NCBI GenBank assembly: GCA_003162245.1
Contig: PMMM01000196.1
Span: 8,900-72,899, forward strand
Length of the DNA: 64,000 nt
Direction of reading: 5' to 3'
Source of the DNA: Phycisphaerales bacterium
Lineage (GTDB): Bacteria; Planctomycetota; Phycisphaerae; UBA1845; Fen-1342
Below the pieces are notes generated by a model. It had not been told where the DNA came from and made no database searches. It saw nothing but the letters and a program-made list of their open reading frames with translations. Below are positions 45,000-53,231 of the stretch, piece after piece. How positions within the stretch are numbered: the first letter of the stretch is position 1; each line of letters opens with the position of its first letter. The position numbers were made by a program, and so were the translations under genes.

Positions 45000-45917
45000 A
45001 TGCGTACGAACCTACTCGTGGCGGTGTTCTTCGCGGCTGCGGTGAGCGTGGCGCGGGCGGATCTCACGCAGTCCTTTCAGAACTTCGACAGCGTCTGGGA
45101 AATCGGGTCTTCCGGCCTCCAGTCGTCCTACTTCGGTGACACGAAGCTCGGCCAGCCCGTGACCGGCGCGACCACCGGCAACCTGCTCGAAACGCTCGGA
45201 CCCGCGCGGGTGTCGTACGGCTCCGGCGTCGGCCCGGTCCCGAGTCCCGGCGGCTCGCTCGGACAGCAGTTCGACCAGGGCGTGCTCGGGCTCCGCACGG
45301 ACGGCAACAAGCTGGTGCTGCAACTGGCCACGGCGTTGAATCCGCTCACGGGTTACTACTACGACGGCTACAACAGTTGGTACGACCAGGGCGATCTGTT
45401 CGTGGACGTCGCGGACGACGCCGGCCTGCGCCACTTCGCATTGTTGAATGCCTGGGGCCGCGATTCGGACAGCAGCCCGATCTCGCTGAACGGCGGGCAC
45501 TTCTCCGCGGCGCAGACGTTCCACCTCAGCGGCGGGGCGGGCGGCAGCAGCCTCGAGGGGCATCTGGTGCAACTCAGCACGAACAACCAGGTGACGATGA
45601 CCGGTGGGACGGGCGCGTACGACGGCAGTAACGCTCCCACCGGGCTCGATCTGCGTACCTACGCCTCGGGCGGCGTCGATCTGGGCTCCGCCAGCCTGCT
45701 GAACGCCGCGACGACGTACTCGGGGCACACGTGGTACCTCCAAACGTGGACGTTTGACCGGAGCGAGCTGTCGACGGCCAGCGTTTTCGACATCGGTCTG
45801 CACGCGGCAGCCAGTTGCGGCAACGATCAGATCGGGGCGCGCTACACCGTGCCCGAGCCGGCGTCGTTGCTGCTGGGAATCCTCGGCGCCTTCCTGCTGC
45901 GTAAGCCCTACGCGTAG
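45000..45917 (+). CDS. PEP-CTERM sorting-domain secreted protein
   Basis: ATG 45000 follows GGAAAGGAAC. Signal peptide MRTNLLVAVFFAAAVSVARA. C-terminus VPEPASLLLGILGAFLLRKPYA. Confidence 0.8.
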   Translation: MRTNLLVAVFFAAAVSVARADLTQSFQNFDSVWEIGSSGLQSSYFGDTKLGQPVTGATTGNLLETLGPARVSYGSGVGPVPSPGGSLGQQFDQGVLGLRTDGNKLVLQLATALNPLTGYYYDGYNSWYDQGDLFVDVADDAGLRHFALLNAWGRDSDSSPISLNGGHFSAAQTFHLSGGAGGSSLEGHLVQLSTNNQVTMTGGTGAYDGSNAPTGLDLRTYASGGVDLGSASLLNAATTYSGHTWYLQTWTFDRSELSTASVFDIGLHAAASCGNDQIGARYTVPEPASLLLGILGAFLLRKPYA

Positions 45918-45946
45918 CCGCTCGTTTACGGACCTGACAGACGAAT

Positions 45947-45980
45947 CCGCGGGCCGGCGAAGTCCTTCGCCGGCCCGCGG
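45947..45980 (+). terminator. Strong GC-rich stem-loop terminator candidate
   Basis: Perfect 15-bp stem CCGCGGGCCGGCGAA/TTCGCCGGCCCGCGG with a 4-nt loop, 30 nt after the PEP-CTERM gene stop. There is no T-run. Confidence 0.65.
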
Positions 45981-46120
45981 TGTAACTGCTGGAAACGACG
46001 GGCGGCCCGAACATACTTGCCGAGAGTGCTGCGCGCCTGAGACCGACCCGGGCCCGACGAGCGTTTGCGGCGCCCCGGGCGACTCCCTACCATGCCCGGA
46101 TTCTGAGCGGAGGCAGGTCT

Positions 46121-47518
46121 ATGGCCGAGATTCTGTTTCACGGCGCGGCGGGGGAGGTCACCGGGTCGATGCACATGGTGCACGTCGACGGCCAATGGGT
46201 CGCGCTGGACTGCGGGCTGTACCAGGGCCGGCGCGCGGAGGCGGAAGAGAAGAACCGCGCGTGGCCGATGCCGGCCAAGGAGATCGCCGCCGTCGTGCTG
46301 TCCCATGCCCACATCGACCATTCCGGGCGGTTGCCGTTGCTGGTCAAGGAGGGCTTTGAGGGGCCGATCTACGCGACGCCGGCGACGCGCGACCTGTGCG
46401 CGATCATGCTGCCGGACTCGGCGCACGTGCAGGAGGAAGACGTTTACTACGTGAGCAAGCGGCGGAAGCGCAAGGGGTTGCCGCCGATCGAGCCGCTGTA
46501 CACGTATGACGACGCGCTGGCGGCGGTGCGTCACATCCAGAGCATCTCGTACGGCCGGTTTTTTCCGGTGGTGCCGGGGCTGCTGGCGTCCTTTACCGAG
46601 GTCGGGCACATGCTCGGGTCGGCGGGAATCCGGCTGGCGTTCGCCAAGCGCAACGGCCACACGCCCTCGCTGTTTTTCAGCGGCGACGTGGGGCGCCCGG
46701 ACCAGCCGATCATTCGCGACCCGGCGCCGCTGCCGGACGACGAGACGATCGTGTGCGAGAGCACGTACGGCGCGCGGCTGCACGAGCCGGTGGAAGAGGC
46801 GCGGACGGCGCTGCGCGACGTCGTGACCCGCACGGTGGCGCGCGGGGGCAAGGTTATCATCCCGTCGTTCGCCGTCGGGCGCACGCAGACGATCGTGTAC
46901 TTCCTGCACGAGGAGCAGGTGGCGGGCGGGATTCCGCGCGTGCCGGTGTACGTCGACAGCCCGCTGGCGGTCAATGCAACCGAGGTGTTCAAGCTGCATC
47001 CGGAGTGCTATGACGCCGAGGCGCGGGCCTTTCACCAGGTCACCGGGGACATTCTGGGCAGCGGCTGCTGCACGTACATCCGGACGCTGGAGGAGAGCAA
47101 GGCGCTGCACGATCGGCGCGAACCGTGCATCATCATTTCCGCCAGCGGGATGTGCGAAGCGGGCCGCATCCGGCACCACCTCAAGAACAACATCGAGAAC
47201 CCGAAGAACACGATTCTCATCGCCGGGTATCAGGCCCAGAACACGCTCGGGCGGCGGATCGCGGACGGCGTCAAGAGAATCACGCTCTTCCACGAGGAAT
47301 ACAGCGTGCGGGCGGAGGTCGTGCAGATTCACGGCTTCAGCGGGCATGCCGACCAGCGCGAGCTGCTGGCGCTGCTCACGCCGCGGTTTGCGACGGCCAA
47401 GCGCCTGCTGCTCGTGCACGGCGAGCCGGAACAGACCGCCGCGTTGGCGGAGAAGGCGCGCGGGCTCGGGGCGCGCGAGGTGGTGATCGGCGTCCGCGGC
47501 CAGCACGTGGCGTTGTGA
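46121..47518 (+). CDS. MBL-fold metallo-hydrolase of the beta-CASP (RNA-metabolising, CPSF/RNase J-like) family
   Basis: GGAGG lies before ATG 46121. The HxHxDH motif is present as SHAHIDHSG. The beta-CASP insert and the C-terminal HGFSGHAD / LVHGE motifs are also present. Confidence 0.85.
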   Translation: MAEILFHGAAGEVTGSMHMVHVDGQWVALDCGLYQGRRAEAEEKNRAWPMPAKEIAAVVLSHAHIDHSGRLPLLVKEGFEGPIYATPATRDLCAIMLPDSAHVQEEDVYYVSKRRKRKGLPPIEPLYTYDDALAAVRHIQSISYGRFFPVVPGLLASFTEVGHMLGSAGIRLAFAKRNGHTPSLFFSGDVGRPDQPIIRDPAPLPDDETIVCESTYGARLHEPVEEARTALRDVVTRTVARGGKVIIPSFAVGRTQTIVYFLHEEQVAGGIPRVPVYVDSPLAVNATEVFKLHPECYDAEARAFHQVTGDILGSGCCTYIRTLEESKALHDRREPCIIISASGMCEAGRIRHHLKNNIENPKNTILIAGYQAQNTLGRRIADGVKRITLFHEEYSVRAEVVQIHGFSGHADQRELLALLTPRFATAKRLLLVHGEPEQTAALAEKARGLGAREVVIGVRGQHVAL

Positions 47519-47538
47519 CGGACTGACACCGGCCGGCT

Positions 47539-48438
47539 ATGGACGCGGTTGCGACGCACGGCCTGAGCAAGCGGTACGGGGCCTGCGTGGCGCTGTGCGC
47601 GCTCGACCTGCGCGTGGGGGCTGGACGGCTGTTTGGGTTCCTCGGGCCGAACGGGGCGGGGAAGACCACGGCGTTGCGGATTCTGCTGGGACTGCTGCGG
47701 GCGACGGCCGGGCGGGCGGAGGTCCTGGGACGCGACGCGTGGCGCGACGGGCCGGCCTTGCGAACGGAGGTGGGCTATCTGCCGGGTGACGTCCACTTCT
47801 ACGACGCGCTGACCGGCCGGGCGACGCTGGAGTTCGTCGACGCGATTCGCGGCGGGCGTTGCGGGCCGGAAATCCGCCGGCTCACGGAGTGCCTCGACCT
47901 CAATCTCGACAAGCGTGTGCGGGACTATTCCCGCGGCATGAAGCAGAAGCTGGGACTGATCGTCGCGATGATGCATCGGCCGCGGCTCTTGATTCTCGAC
48001 GAGCCGACGACGGGGCTGGATCCCTTGATCCGGGCGACGCTCTACGGGGAGTTGCGCTCAATCGCGGCGGAGGGCCGCACGGTGTTCTTCTCCAGTCATA
48101 CGCTGGCGGAAGTGGAGGAGCTGTGCGACGAGGTGGCGATCCTGCGTGACGGCCGGCTGGCGGAGCAGCAGCGCATGGAGCTGCTCAAGGCGCGGGCACA
48201 GCGGCACGTCGAGATTCACTTCGATGTCGGCCGGCGGTTGTCGACGCCATTGCCCGATGGGTTGCAGGTGCTCGAGCAGTCGCCGGGGGCGCTGCGCGGA
48301 ACGTGGCAGGGGCCGCCGGATCGGCTGCTGGCATGGTTGTCACAGTGTTCCGTGCAGGACATGACGCTGGCGCCGCCGGATCTGGAGGAGCTGTTCCTGG
48401 CGTATTACCGTTGTCCGAAAGGGGGGGGCAAGGCATGA
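47539..48438 (+). CDS. ABC transporter ATP-binding protein (ABC-2/DrrA-like)
   Basis: Walker A GPNGAGKTT, degenerate signature YSRGMKQKLGL, and Walker B LILDEPTTGLD. The stop overlaps the next start (ATGA). Confidence 0.9.
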   Translation: MDAVATHGLSKRYGACVALCALDLRVGAGRLFGFLGPNGAGKTTALRILLGLLRATAGRAEVLGRDAWRDGPALRTEVGYLPGDVHFYDALTGRATLEFVDAIRGGRCGPEIRRLTECLDLNLDKRVRDYSRGMKQKLGLIVAMMHRPRLLILDEPTTGLDPLIRATLYGELRSIAAEGRTVFFSSHTLAEVEELCDEVAILRDGRLAEQQRMELLKARAQRHVEIHFDVGRRLSTPLPDGLQVLEQSPGALRGTWQGPPDRLLAWLSQCSVQDMTLAPPDLEELFLAYYRCPKGGGKA

Positions 48439-49256
48439 ATCGCGCAGTGTTCTGGAAGACGTTTCGCGACTATCGCCTGCTGGTAACGATCCTCATCCTG
48501 GCGATCGTGCTCTTCGAGCTGCTGGCGGTCCGCATGTTGCTGGAGGGCGTCCGCGACCTGGGAATGGTCCGGATTTGGCTGGATCGTCCGCTGCTCAAGA
48601 CGCTGGTGCGGCTGGTTTTCGGAGGCGACCTCGTCGGCGACCTGACGGCCACGACGTTGTCGACGGTGGCGCTCGCGCACCCACTCCTGTGGGCGTTGTG
48701 CTGGATTCTCGTGGTGACGATCCCGACCGGCGTGCTGTCGGGGGAGATCGGACGCGGGACGGCGGATCTGCTGCTGACGCTGCCGCTTTCGCGCGGGCGA
48801 ATCTACCTGAGCACGTCGGCGGTGTGGATTGCGGCGGTGGTCCCCGCGAGCTTCGCGCCGCTATTGGGTCTGTGGCTGGGCCAGCAGGTGTTTCCGCTGC
48901 CCGAGCGGCTCGAGTTCGGCCGGCTGTGGCAGGTATCGGTGAACTTCTGCGCGCTGAACTGGTGCATCGCCAGCGTGGCGATGTGCGTGTCCAGCCTCGT
49001 GGCGCGGCGTGGGACGGCGGTCGGGATCGTCGTGGCCGCGCTGCTCGTGTCCGACCTCATCAACCTGCTGGTGCCGTCTTGGGAGGTCGTGCGGCCGATC
49101 GCCGGCCTGGGTTTTCTGCACTACTTCCGGCCGCTGGTCATCGTGCGCAACGGGCAGGTGCCGTGGCACGACGTGGGGATTCTGCTGAGCGTGGCGCTGG
49201 CGGCGTGGCTGGCGGGGTGGTGGCACTTCGCCCGGCGGGACATACCGGCGGTGTGA
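48435..49256 (+). CDS. ABC-2 type transporter permease
   Basis: 273 aa with about 6 hydrophobic helices, translationally coupled to the ATPase gene. Confidence 0.7.
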   Translation: MNRAVFWKTFRDYRLLVTILILAIVLFELLAVRMLLEGVRDLGMVRIWLDRPLLKTLVRLVFGGDLVGDLTATTLSTVALAHPLLWALCWILVVTIPTGVLSGEIGRGTADLLLTLPLSRGRIYLSTSAVWIAAVVPASFAPLLGLWLGQQVFPLPERLEFGRLWQVSVNFCALNWCIASVAMCVSSLVARRGTAVGIVVAALLVSDLINLLVPSWEVVRPIAGLGFLHYFRPLVIVRNGQVPWHDVGILLSVALAAWLAGWWHFARRDIPAV

Positions 49257-49293
49257 CGCGAACGGGCACGGGCAAGGGAATCACGGCCGTGGG

Positions 49294-49656
49294 TCAATCT
49301 TTGTCGATCCGCGTCGTCTTCTTGTGGATTTCGCGGGTTTCGCCCTGGGGCGGCTCGTTAGCGTTCGGGTTGCGGCCTTCCCACTGCCCGGTCTTCGCGT
49401 CCATCCATTCCTTGCCGCGTACCATGCCGCTCTCGTCGAAGTGGATCAGCGCCGAGTAGTGGCGTTTCAGGTCATCATAGAGCCACTGATCGCCGAGCTC
49501 GGAAGTGGGCTTGCCCAGGATCTGCCGCACGTCCTCCCGGCCGTCCACGCCGACCTGGATCATGTCGAAATTGTCGTGGTTGAAGGGCCGCTGACAACCG
49601 GCGAGGAACGCCAAGGCGAGAGCGGCCACCAGAAAGCTGAGCGTGCGCGGGTTCAT
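49294..49656 (-). CDS. Small lipoprotein, SmpA/OmlA (BamE-like) fold candidate
   Basis: Lipobox ALAFLAGC. FDMIQVGVDGREDVRQILGKPTS resembles the BamE/SmpA_OmlA domain. Confidence 0.65.
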   Translation of the reverse strand: MNPRTLSFLVAALALAFLAGCQRPFNHDNFDMIQVGVDGREDVRQILGKPTSELGDQWLYDDLKRHYSALIHFDESGMVRGKEWMDAKTGQWEGRNPNANEPPQGETREIHKKTTRIDKD

Positions 49657-49843
49657 AGACGAACTCCTTGGCCGGGAACGACCGGACGGGTACCAATATA
49701 GCTCAACCTACCCGGCTAGACACGCCCGCCGAGCCGAGGATAGCGGGCAGTGGGGCGGCATTCCGAATATGGCGGTACGTGGTCAGAATACTCTCCTGCG
49801 CCGGCGGATCGGCGCCGCAACGTGGGCTTGTCGCCCGAATCGA

Positions 49844-51349
49844 ATGGAGCAACCGATGAAGCGCGGCAGCAAAGCGGGGGTGGCAGGTCTGGTCGTGTTC
49901 GTTGCGGGTTTTTTGGGCACGCCGGCATGGCCGGCGGACGTTTTGTTCATGGAGCCGGCGGGGGCCACCGAAAAGGGCAGTCCACGGACGTACCGGCAGG
50001 TCACGGACGCGGGGCGGCTGAAGACGTACTCCGGCTGGCTCGAAAACGAGTCCGCCAAACGGGCGCTGGACCTGTACGGGGCAGCCTGGGCGACCATGCA
50101 GAAGCGGCAGGGCGGCGGCGAGGCCCTGCCCGCGTACTGCATCGCCCTGGAGAAGGGCGGCAACCACGCCGACATCGGCTTTCGCCTGCAAACGGCGGAC
50201 GGCGTCGAAGAGCACCCGCACCGGCCGTATATCAAGCTCGATCCCGACGAATGGCGATTCAGCACGACGCTGTTGCACGAGACGGGGCACGTCGTGCTCG
50301 CGGTTCTCACCGACGGCCGCGAGATTCCAACGCGCGAGCTCGCGTCGATTCCTCACACGACCGCGGCGCTCACCGATCGCGGGACGGCGTTCAACGAGGG
50401 CTTCGCGATCCACCTGGAGACGCTGGCGGCCCACCTCACACGCGACCCGGAGCTGCGCAGCCGGTACCAGCACGAGCGCTTCGCGTTCGGCCCGGCCGGC
50501 GGCAAGCAGGGCGAGTATTTTCGGCACGCCGCGGACCTGCTCAGCTTCTCGCAGAACATCGCCCGGTACTTCGAGGTGCGCGAGAACAACTTCGCCTTTG
50601 CGCCGGCGTTCCGCGGGCCGGATTATCTGCGCGTGCAGCTCGAAAAGAGCCGCGACTTCGCCACGCTGCGCGATGCCGACCAGCTTCTCCAGTCCGAGGG
50701 CTTCTACGCGAGCTTCTTCTTCGCGTACCTGGTCCGCGGCGACGGTCTGCCGAGCGCCAAGCTGCTGGCGGAGCGGCAGGAGCGGATGCTCGGCGTGCTC
50801 GCGGAGATGTTCGCCGCCTATCCGCCGGAGCCGGACAGCCCACACCTGCTGCGGTTCGTCGAGACGCACCTGCGGCAGCAGCCCGACGAAGCGGAGGGCA
50901 TCGTCGACGTGCTGATGGACCTCAGCCACGGCGTCCTCGTCGACGCGGACGCGGCTGGGCTCTGGCGCGAATACTATCTCGCGGCCCTGCGGCTGGACCT
51001 GAAGGAACTGCCGCTGGTCCGCATGGTCGCGGCGCGCGAGCGGTGGCGGATTGCGGCGCGCGACGACCCACAGGTGCTTTACAGCCGGCTGGGGCCGCAG
51101 ATTGCCTGCATTGTCCCCGCGCGAGCGGTCAAGCTGGCCGCGCTGGGCGATGAGCAGCCGCTGCGATTCGACATCAACACCGCGGAAGAAGGCATCCTGC
51201 TCATGATCCCCGGAATCAACGCGGAGGAGGTGGCGCGCTGGCAGGCCGAGCGGGCACGGCAGCCGTTCAAGGACGCGACGGACTTCCGAAGCCGAGCGGG
51301 GCTGCGCCCGGAGGTTATATCCGAATTGCGATTTCCGGAGAGCGGCTGA
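49844..51349 (+). CDS. Exported gluzincin-like metallopeptidase-fold protein with C-terminal ComEA-like helix-hairpin-helix domain
   Basis: Signal peptide (MKRGSKAGVAGLVVFVAGFLGTPAWPA). LLHETGHVVL (HExxH) and FNEGFAIH 30 residues downstream of the second His. The C-terminus FDINTAEEGILLMIPGINAEEVARWQAERARQPFKDATDF matches the ComEA HhH pattern. The start may be ATG 49856. Confidence 0.6.
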   Translation: MEQPMKRGSKAGVAGLVVFVAGFLGTPAWPADVLFMEPAGATEKGSPRTYRQVTDAGRLKTYSGWLENESAKRALDLYGAAWATMQKRQGGGEALPAYCIALEKGGNHADIGFRLQTADGVEEHPHRPYIKLDPDEWRFSTTLLHETGHVVLAVLTDGREIPTRELASIPHTTAALTDRGTAFNEGFAIHLETLAAHLTRDPELRSRYQHERFAFGPAGGKQGEYFRHAADLLSFSQNIARYFEVRENNFAFAPAFRGPDYLRVQLEKSRDFATLRDADQLLQSEGFYASFFFAYLVRGDGLPSAKLLAERQERMLGVLAEMFAAYPPEPDSPHLLRFVETHLRQQPDEAEGIVDVLMDLSHGVLVDADAAGLWREYYLAALRLDLKELPLVRMVAARERWRIAARDDPQVLYSRLGPQIACIVPARAVKLAALGDEQPLRFDINTAEEGILLMIPGINAEEVARWQAERARQPFKDATDFRSRAGLRPEVISELRFPESG

Positions 51350-51352
51350 TCG

Positions 51353-52285
51353 TCAGGCGAGCTCGTTGACCGCCCGCACGACGTCTGCCGGTGCGATACG
51401 CCAGTCGTCCGGTTTGGCCGCCGGGTCCCCGGCGAAGACGCGTACGCTCGGCCCCAGGGGCCGCCAAATGCTCGGCGAGGTCGGGCCGAAGATCGCCACC
51501 GTCGGCGTGCCCAGGAGGGCGGCCAGGTGCGTGGGCCCCGCATCGTTGCCGACGAAGGCGTCCGCGGCGGCGAGGAGCGTGACCAGCTCCTCGGGCGACG
51601 GCGCGCGAACGAGCGGGAACTCGTCAGCGAGGGTCGCTAGCTCGTCGGCGGGCCAGGTTTCCTGCTCGACGTGGCCGACGACGAAGCGAATCGCGCGCTG
51701 CTCCTCGCGTCGCAGGCGGCGCGCGACTTCCATGAAGCACGGCAGCGGCCAGCGTTTCGCGCGGCCGCCGCTGCCGGGATGAAGCACGATTCCGCCGCCG
51801 GGCCGGCGCAATTCGTTCGGCACGCCGAGGGCGCGGTGCGCCGGGTGCTGGTGGACGCACTTCGGTACGAGCAGGCCCTGGGCCTCCAGTTGCGTGATCC
51901 ACTGCTCGGTGATGTGCCGCTGCACGCCGTCGCGCGGACGCGGATCGAAGCTGTACAACGCCGCGGGGGCCAACTCGGCCAGGCGTCGGTGCACGGGCGT
52001 GTCCGGCCCGCCGAGTGCGTTGAGCACGCGCGCCCCGCGGACGACGCCCGACAACCGCTCCGGCGACGGGTCGTCGCCGTCGCCGAACAACCAGTGCAGT
52101 CCCAACCCCTCCGGCGATTGACGCCGAATGCTCGGCCGGCAATGGGACAGGTCGCCGAGATTCGTGCGTGAAATGAGGCGCAGATCACTCGCGGTGCACG
52201 CACCGGGGAGGCGCAGCGCGAGTTGGATGGTCAGTACCAAGTCGCCCAGCGCCCCGCCGTGCAGGATGAGCCAGTCGTCGGCCAT
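51353..52285 (-). CDS. Glycosyltransferase family 9 (LPS heptosyltransferase-like)
   Basis: Start at ATG 52285 (MADDWLILHGGALGDLVLT). The C-terminal FVGNDAGPTHLAALLGTPTVAIFGPT is typical of GT9. The remaining 5' part of the 491-aa track ORF is out of frame over the DinB gene. Confidence 0.8.
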   Translation of the reverse strand: MADDWLILHGGALGDLVLTIQLALRLPGACTASDLRLISRTNLGDLSHCRPSIRRQSPEGLGLHWLFGDGDDPSPERLSGVVRGARVLNALGGPDTPVHRRLAELAPAALYSFDPRPRDGVQRHITEQWITQLEAQGLLVPKCVHQHPAHRALGVPNELRRPGGGIVLHPGSGGRAKRWPLPCFMEVARRLRREEQRAIRFVVGHVEQETWPADELATLADEFPLVRAPSPEELVTLLAAADAFVGNDAGPTHLAALLGTPTVAIFGPTSPSIWRPLGPSVRVFAGDPAAKPDDWRIAPADVVRAVNELA

Positions 52286-52314
52286 TGCGTCGCGCTCGTT
52301 CGTGGCACACGCGG

Positions 52315-52797
52315 TCACATTTTGTGCACGCCCTTGATCGTCTGGACTTGCCCGGCGTGGTACACGTCGTGCATAGCTACGCCACGGATCAGCATCGCCT
52401 TGCTCACTTTCGAGCCGGCGTGGGTGGCGTCGAGTTGTCCGGCCGAGAGCTCTGCGACCGCCGCGCGCAGCGCCGCGTGCTGAGATTGGAGCAGCGCCAC
52501 GTACTGCCGCCACACGGCCGGCGTGGGCGGGTCGGGCAACGCAAACCAATTGCTGCCCTTCAGCGGGAAGGAGCCGCGTTTGTCGCCGCGCAGCCAGCGA
52601 CGGGCGGCGTACTTCCAGTAGGCGCAGTGGACGACGAGCTCGGCGATGGAATGGTGGCCCGTTCGCCACGCGGCCTGCGTGGCGGACAGCCCGCGAACGC
52701 TGCCGCGGAGGTTGGTCCCGTGCCAGGACTTCTTGTTGTAGGCTTCGTCGAGCAGGGACAGTAACGGCTCGATTCCAGAACTGGCCTTGGTCTTCAT
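52315..52797 (-). CDS. DinB-family (four-helix bundle, metal-binding) protein
   Basis: Start at ATG 52797 (MKTKASSG). The His triad context is HCAYW ... MHDVYHAGQ, with the typical length of ~160 aa. Confidence 0.75.
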   Translation of the reverse strand: MKTKASSGIEPLLSLLDEAYNKKSWHGTNLRGSVRGLSATQAAWRTGHHSIAELVVHCAYWKYAARRWLRGDKRGSFPLKGSNWFALPDPPTPAVWRQYVALLQSQHAALRAAVAELSAGQLDATHAGSKVSKAMLIRGVAMHDVYHAGQVQTIKGVHKM

Positions 52798-52837
52798 GTG
52801 ACCTCCCACCGGCGGCACGCCGCGTCACAGCGGGCGT

Positions 52838-53203
52838 TTATGTCGCCGCCGCCGCACCGCCCGCGGCGGCGGCCTGCTGCCGGCGGCGACGGACCGTCTC
52901 GACGGTCGTGGCCTGCTGTCCCGTCGAGGCGTCGGCGTTCTCCATCGTCAACAGCACAGCATGGTACCCCATCTTCGGCAGGCCGTTGTGCCACAGCAGT
53001 TCGCCGTTGCGTTTGTCGAGGCACCAGACGCGGCCGTTGGCGCCGGCGAAGAGCAGGTGGTTCTTGATGACGATCGACACGGGCTCGCCGACGCCGCTGC
53101 ACCGGGGCAGCTTCACCCGCCAGAGTTCCTCGCCGGTCCAGGGGTCGAGGGCGGCGACGATGCCGTTGGTGCCGAGGTAGAGAGGGTTCTCCATTCGCGC
53201 CAT
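52838..53203 (-). CDS. Mini PQQ-like beta-propeller repeat protein (about two blades) with Ala/Gln-rich tail
   Basis: Start at ATG 53203. It has two repeats of the PQQ/BamB-type pattern, GIVAALDPWTGEELWRV and GRVWCLDKRNGELLWHN. It is 121 aa. Confidence 0.55.
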   Translation of the reverse strand: MARMENPLYLGTNGIVAALDPWTGEELWRVKLPRCSGVGEPVSIVIKNHLLFAGANGRVWCLDKRNGELLWHNGLPKMGYHAVLLTMENADASTGQQATTVETVRRRRQQAAAAGGAAAAT

Positions 53204-53231
53204 GTGGCCCTCCTGGGCAAGTTGCTGCTTG

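Noticed and set aside
51353-52828. 491-aa ORF called as one gene.
   Set aside because: The GT9 homology starts at ATG 52285. The upstream 180 codons overlap the DinB-family gene (52315-52797) in another frame and look like Arg/Pro-rich noise.
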